From Squalus acanthias (lineage: Eukaryota): a stretch of 64,000 nucleotides of DNA. The translations under genes were made by a program, and so were the position numbers. The stretch is from positions 3,968,001-4,032,000 of the forward strand of contig CM059433.1 of NCBI GenBank assembly GCA_030390025.1, given 5' to 3'. Below, in pieces: positions 62,848 to 64,000 of the stretch. The notes beneath the pieces are model-generated. The model saw nothing but the letters and a program-made list of their open reading frames with translations. It made no database searches and was not told the DNA's origin. The stretch's first letter is position 1, and the number at the start of each line of letters is the position of its first letter.

Positions 62848-64000
62848 ATAAAAAGAAAGACTTATTTTAGCGGAATCACAGTACACGTCAAAATGCTGGA
62901 AAAAGTATCAAAAATTGCCTGGGAGCCATGTGCACAGACCCACCAAGAAATACATTTTGCACTGTCAGAGATTACTTCCTCCTTCTAAACTTTCTAAATC
63001 TATATTTCACTGTTTTTGTACTTTGTCCATTTTTCTCTCCATAATACCACTGATGGACTACTGGGTATAGTCGTAGCTTCACTTGTGTCAAATTCATGTC
63101 CCACTGCACTCCCATTGTAACCACCTTCTGTTATGTCACGTGTCAGGCCATTGGGTTTCAGTTTTCACGGAAAAGCAAACTGAATTGTGGAATGTAATTC
63201 CAAAGCACTAATAAAATCTTGGACTCCAATACAATAACAAGGAACTTAATTTATTCAGTCACCTTGAAGCACTGGCCTTTGTCACAGGCCTTTATATAGG
63301 GCGGTTTCTCAAGCTTTTTTCAGGGCTGTGTCAGCTTTTTTGAATTTGTACATCAGCTTTTCAGAGTTTTGCAGGTTGGCGTGTACGAGTAGATGAGTTC
63401 ACAACATTAGGGAGACTGGTTAGCTGTGACTCAACTGTTGACTCAAACGACTTTAAAGTTGGGTCAAAGCATTTTAAAGGTGTTGAAGGTAGAACATTCT
63501 GCCGGGACAATCTGTATAAAACGTCCACAAATTTCCAACACTTACAGAATAAGGAAGGCGAACTAGATAAAAACAGGGCCTTCCGCCTTTTCTGCTTTGA
63601 AGCTTTAACTCTCTGCTTCTCTGAGAATTGAATGAAACAAAAAAAAATGACTCTGTTGATAGAAAGAGCTGGAATCAGTTGTGGGATGTTTACACCCCAC
63701 AAACAGCAGGAACAGAATATAGATAACTGCTTTGTCATCATTTCCCCAAGCTTGGAAGGGGAGTACAGTACAAGCATTTTGTGAAATGTGCAAATACAGA
63801 AGGAATTCCCAGAGAAATTGTGCCGCAGATTTTAATATTTCATCTGTGAAAGCTGTTAATGCCTGAGTGCGTGTGAGTGGCTGAGCGTTGCTTCATTGGC
63901 TGAAACATACAGCAGGCGCAGAGGGTGGGGAGCGCCGAAACACGAAAACGTAGTATTACCACAATTTATCAGCACTGTCACAGATATCAGCGTCCATCCA

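Overview
Eukaryotic, repeat-dense vertebrate DNA. The repeat repertoire points to a cartilaginous fish (shark), an inference from HER1-like CR1 LINEs, L2 fragments, Deu-domain (SacSINE1-like) SINEs, Penelope-like elements and many Harbinger-type MITEs with 3-bp TSDs. No complete host gene is visible. The window looks intronic or intergenic, with one well-bounded but unidentified minus-strand exon candidate (2884-3158) and a few weaker ones. Nearly all long ORFs in the track are decayed retroelement or transposon ORFs, or tandem-repeat artefacts. Main points of interest: (1) a 218-bp Penelope-type fold-back insertion (85-bp stem) with back-to-back minimal hammerhead cores; (2) an apparently ORF1-less LINE whose 5' leader and 3' tail are both found joined in a tRNA-headed SINE in the same window; (3) a locally templated ~345-bp inverted duplication with a 13-bp TSD and a short foreign filler, plus a second filler patch 1.25 kb away; (4) a Harbinger derivative that kept its spliced Myb/SANT gene but lacks the transposase; (5) two long solo LTRs, one with 125-bp repeats carrying paired E2F-like sites; (6) a 33-bp minisatellite expanded inside a single SINE. 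All coordinates and identities were read by eye, and no database searches were run.
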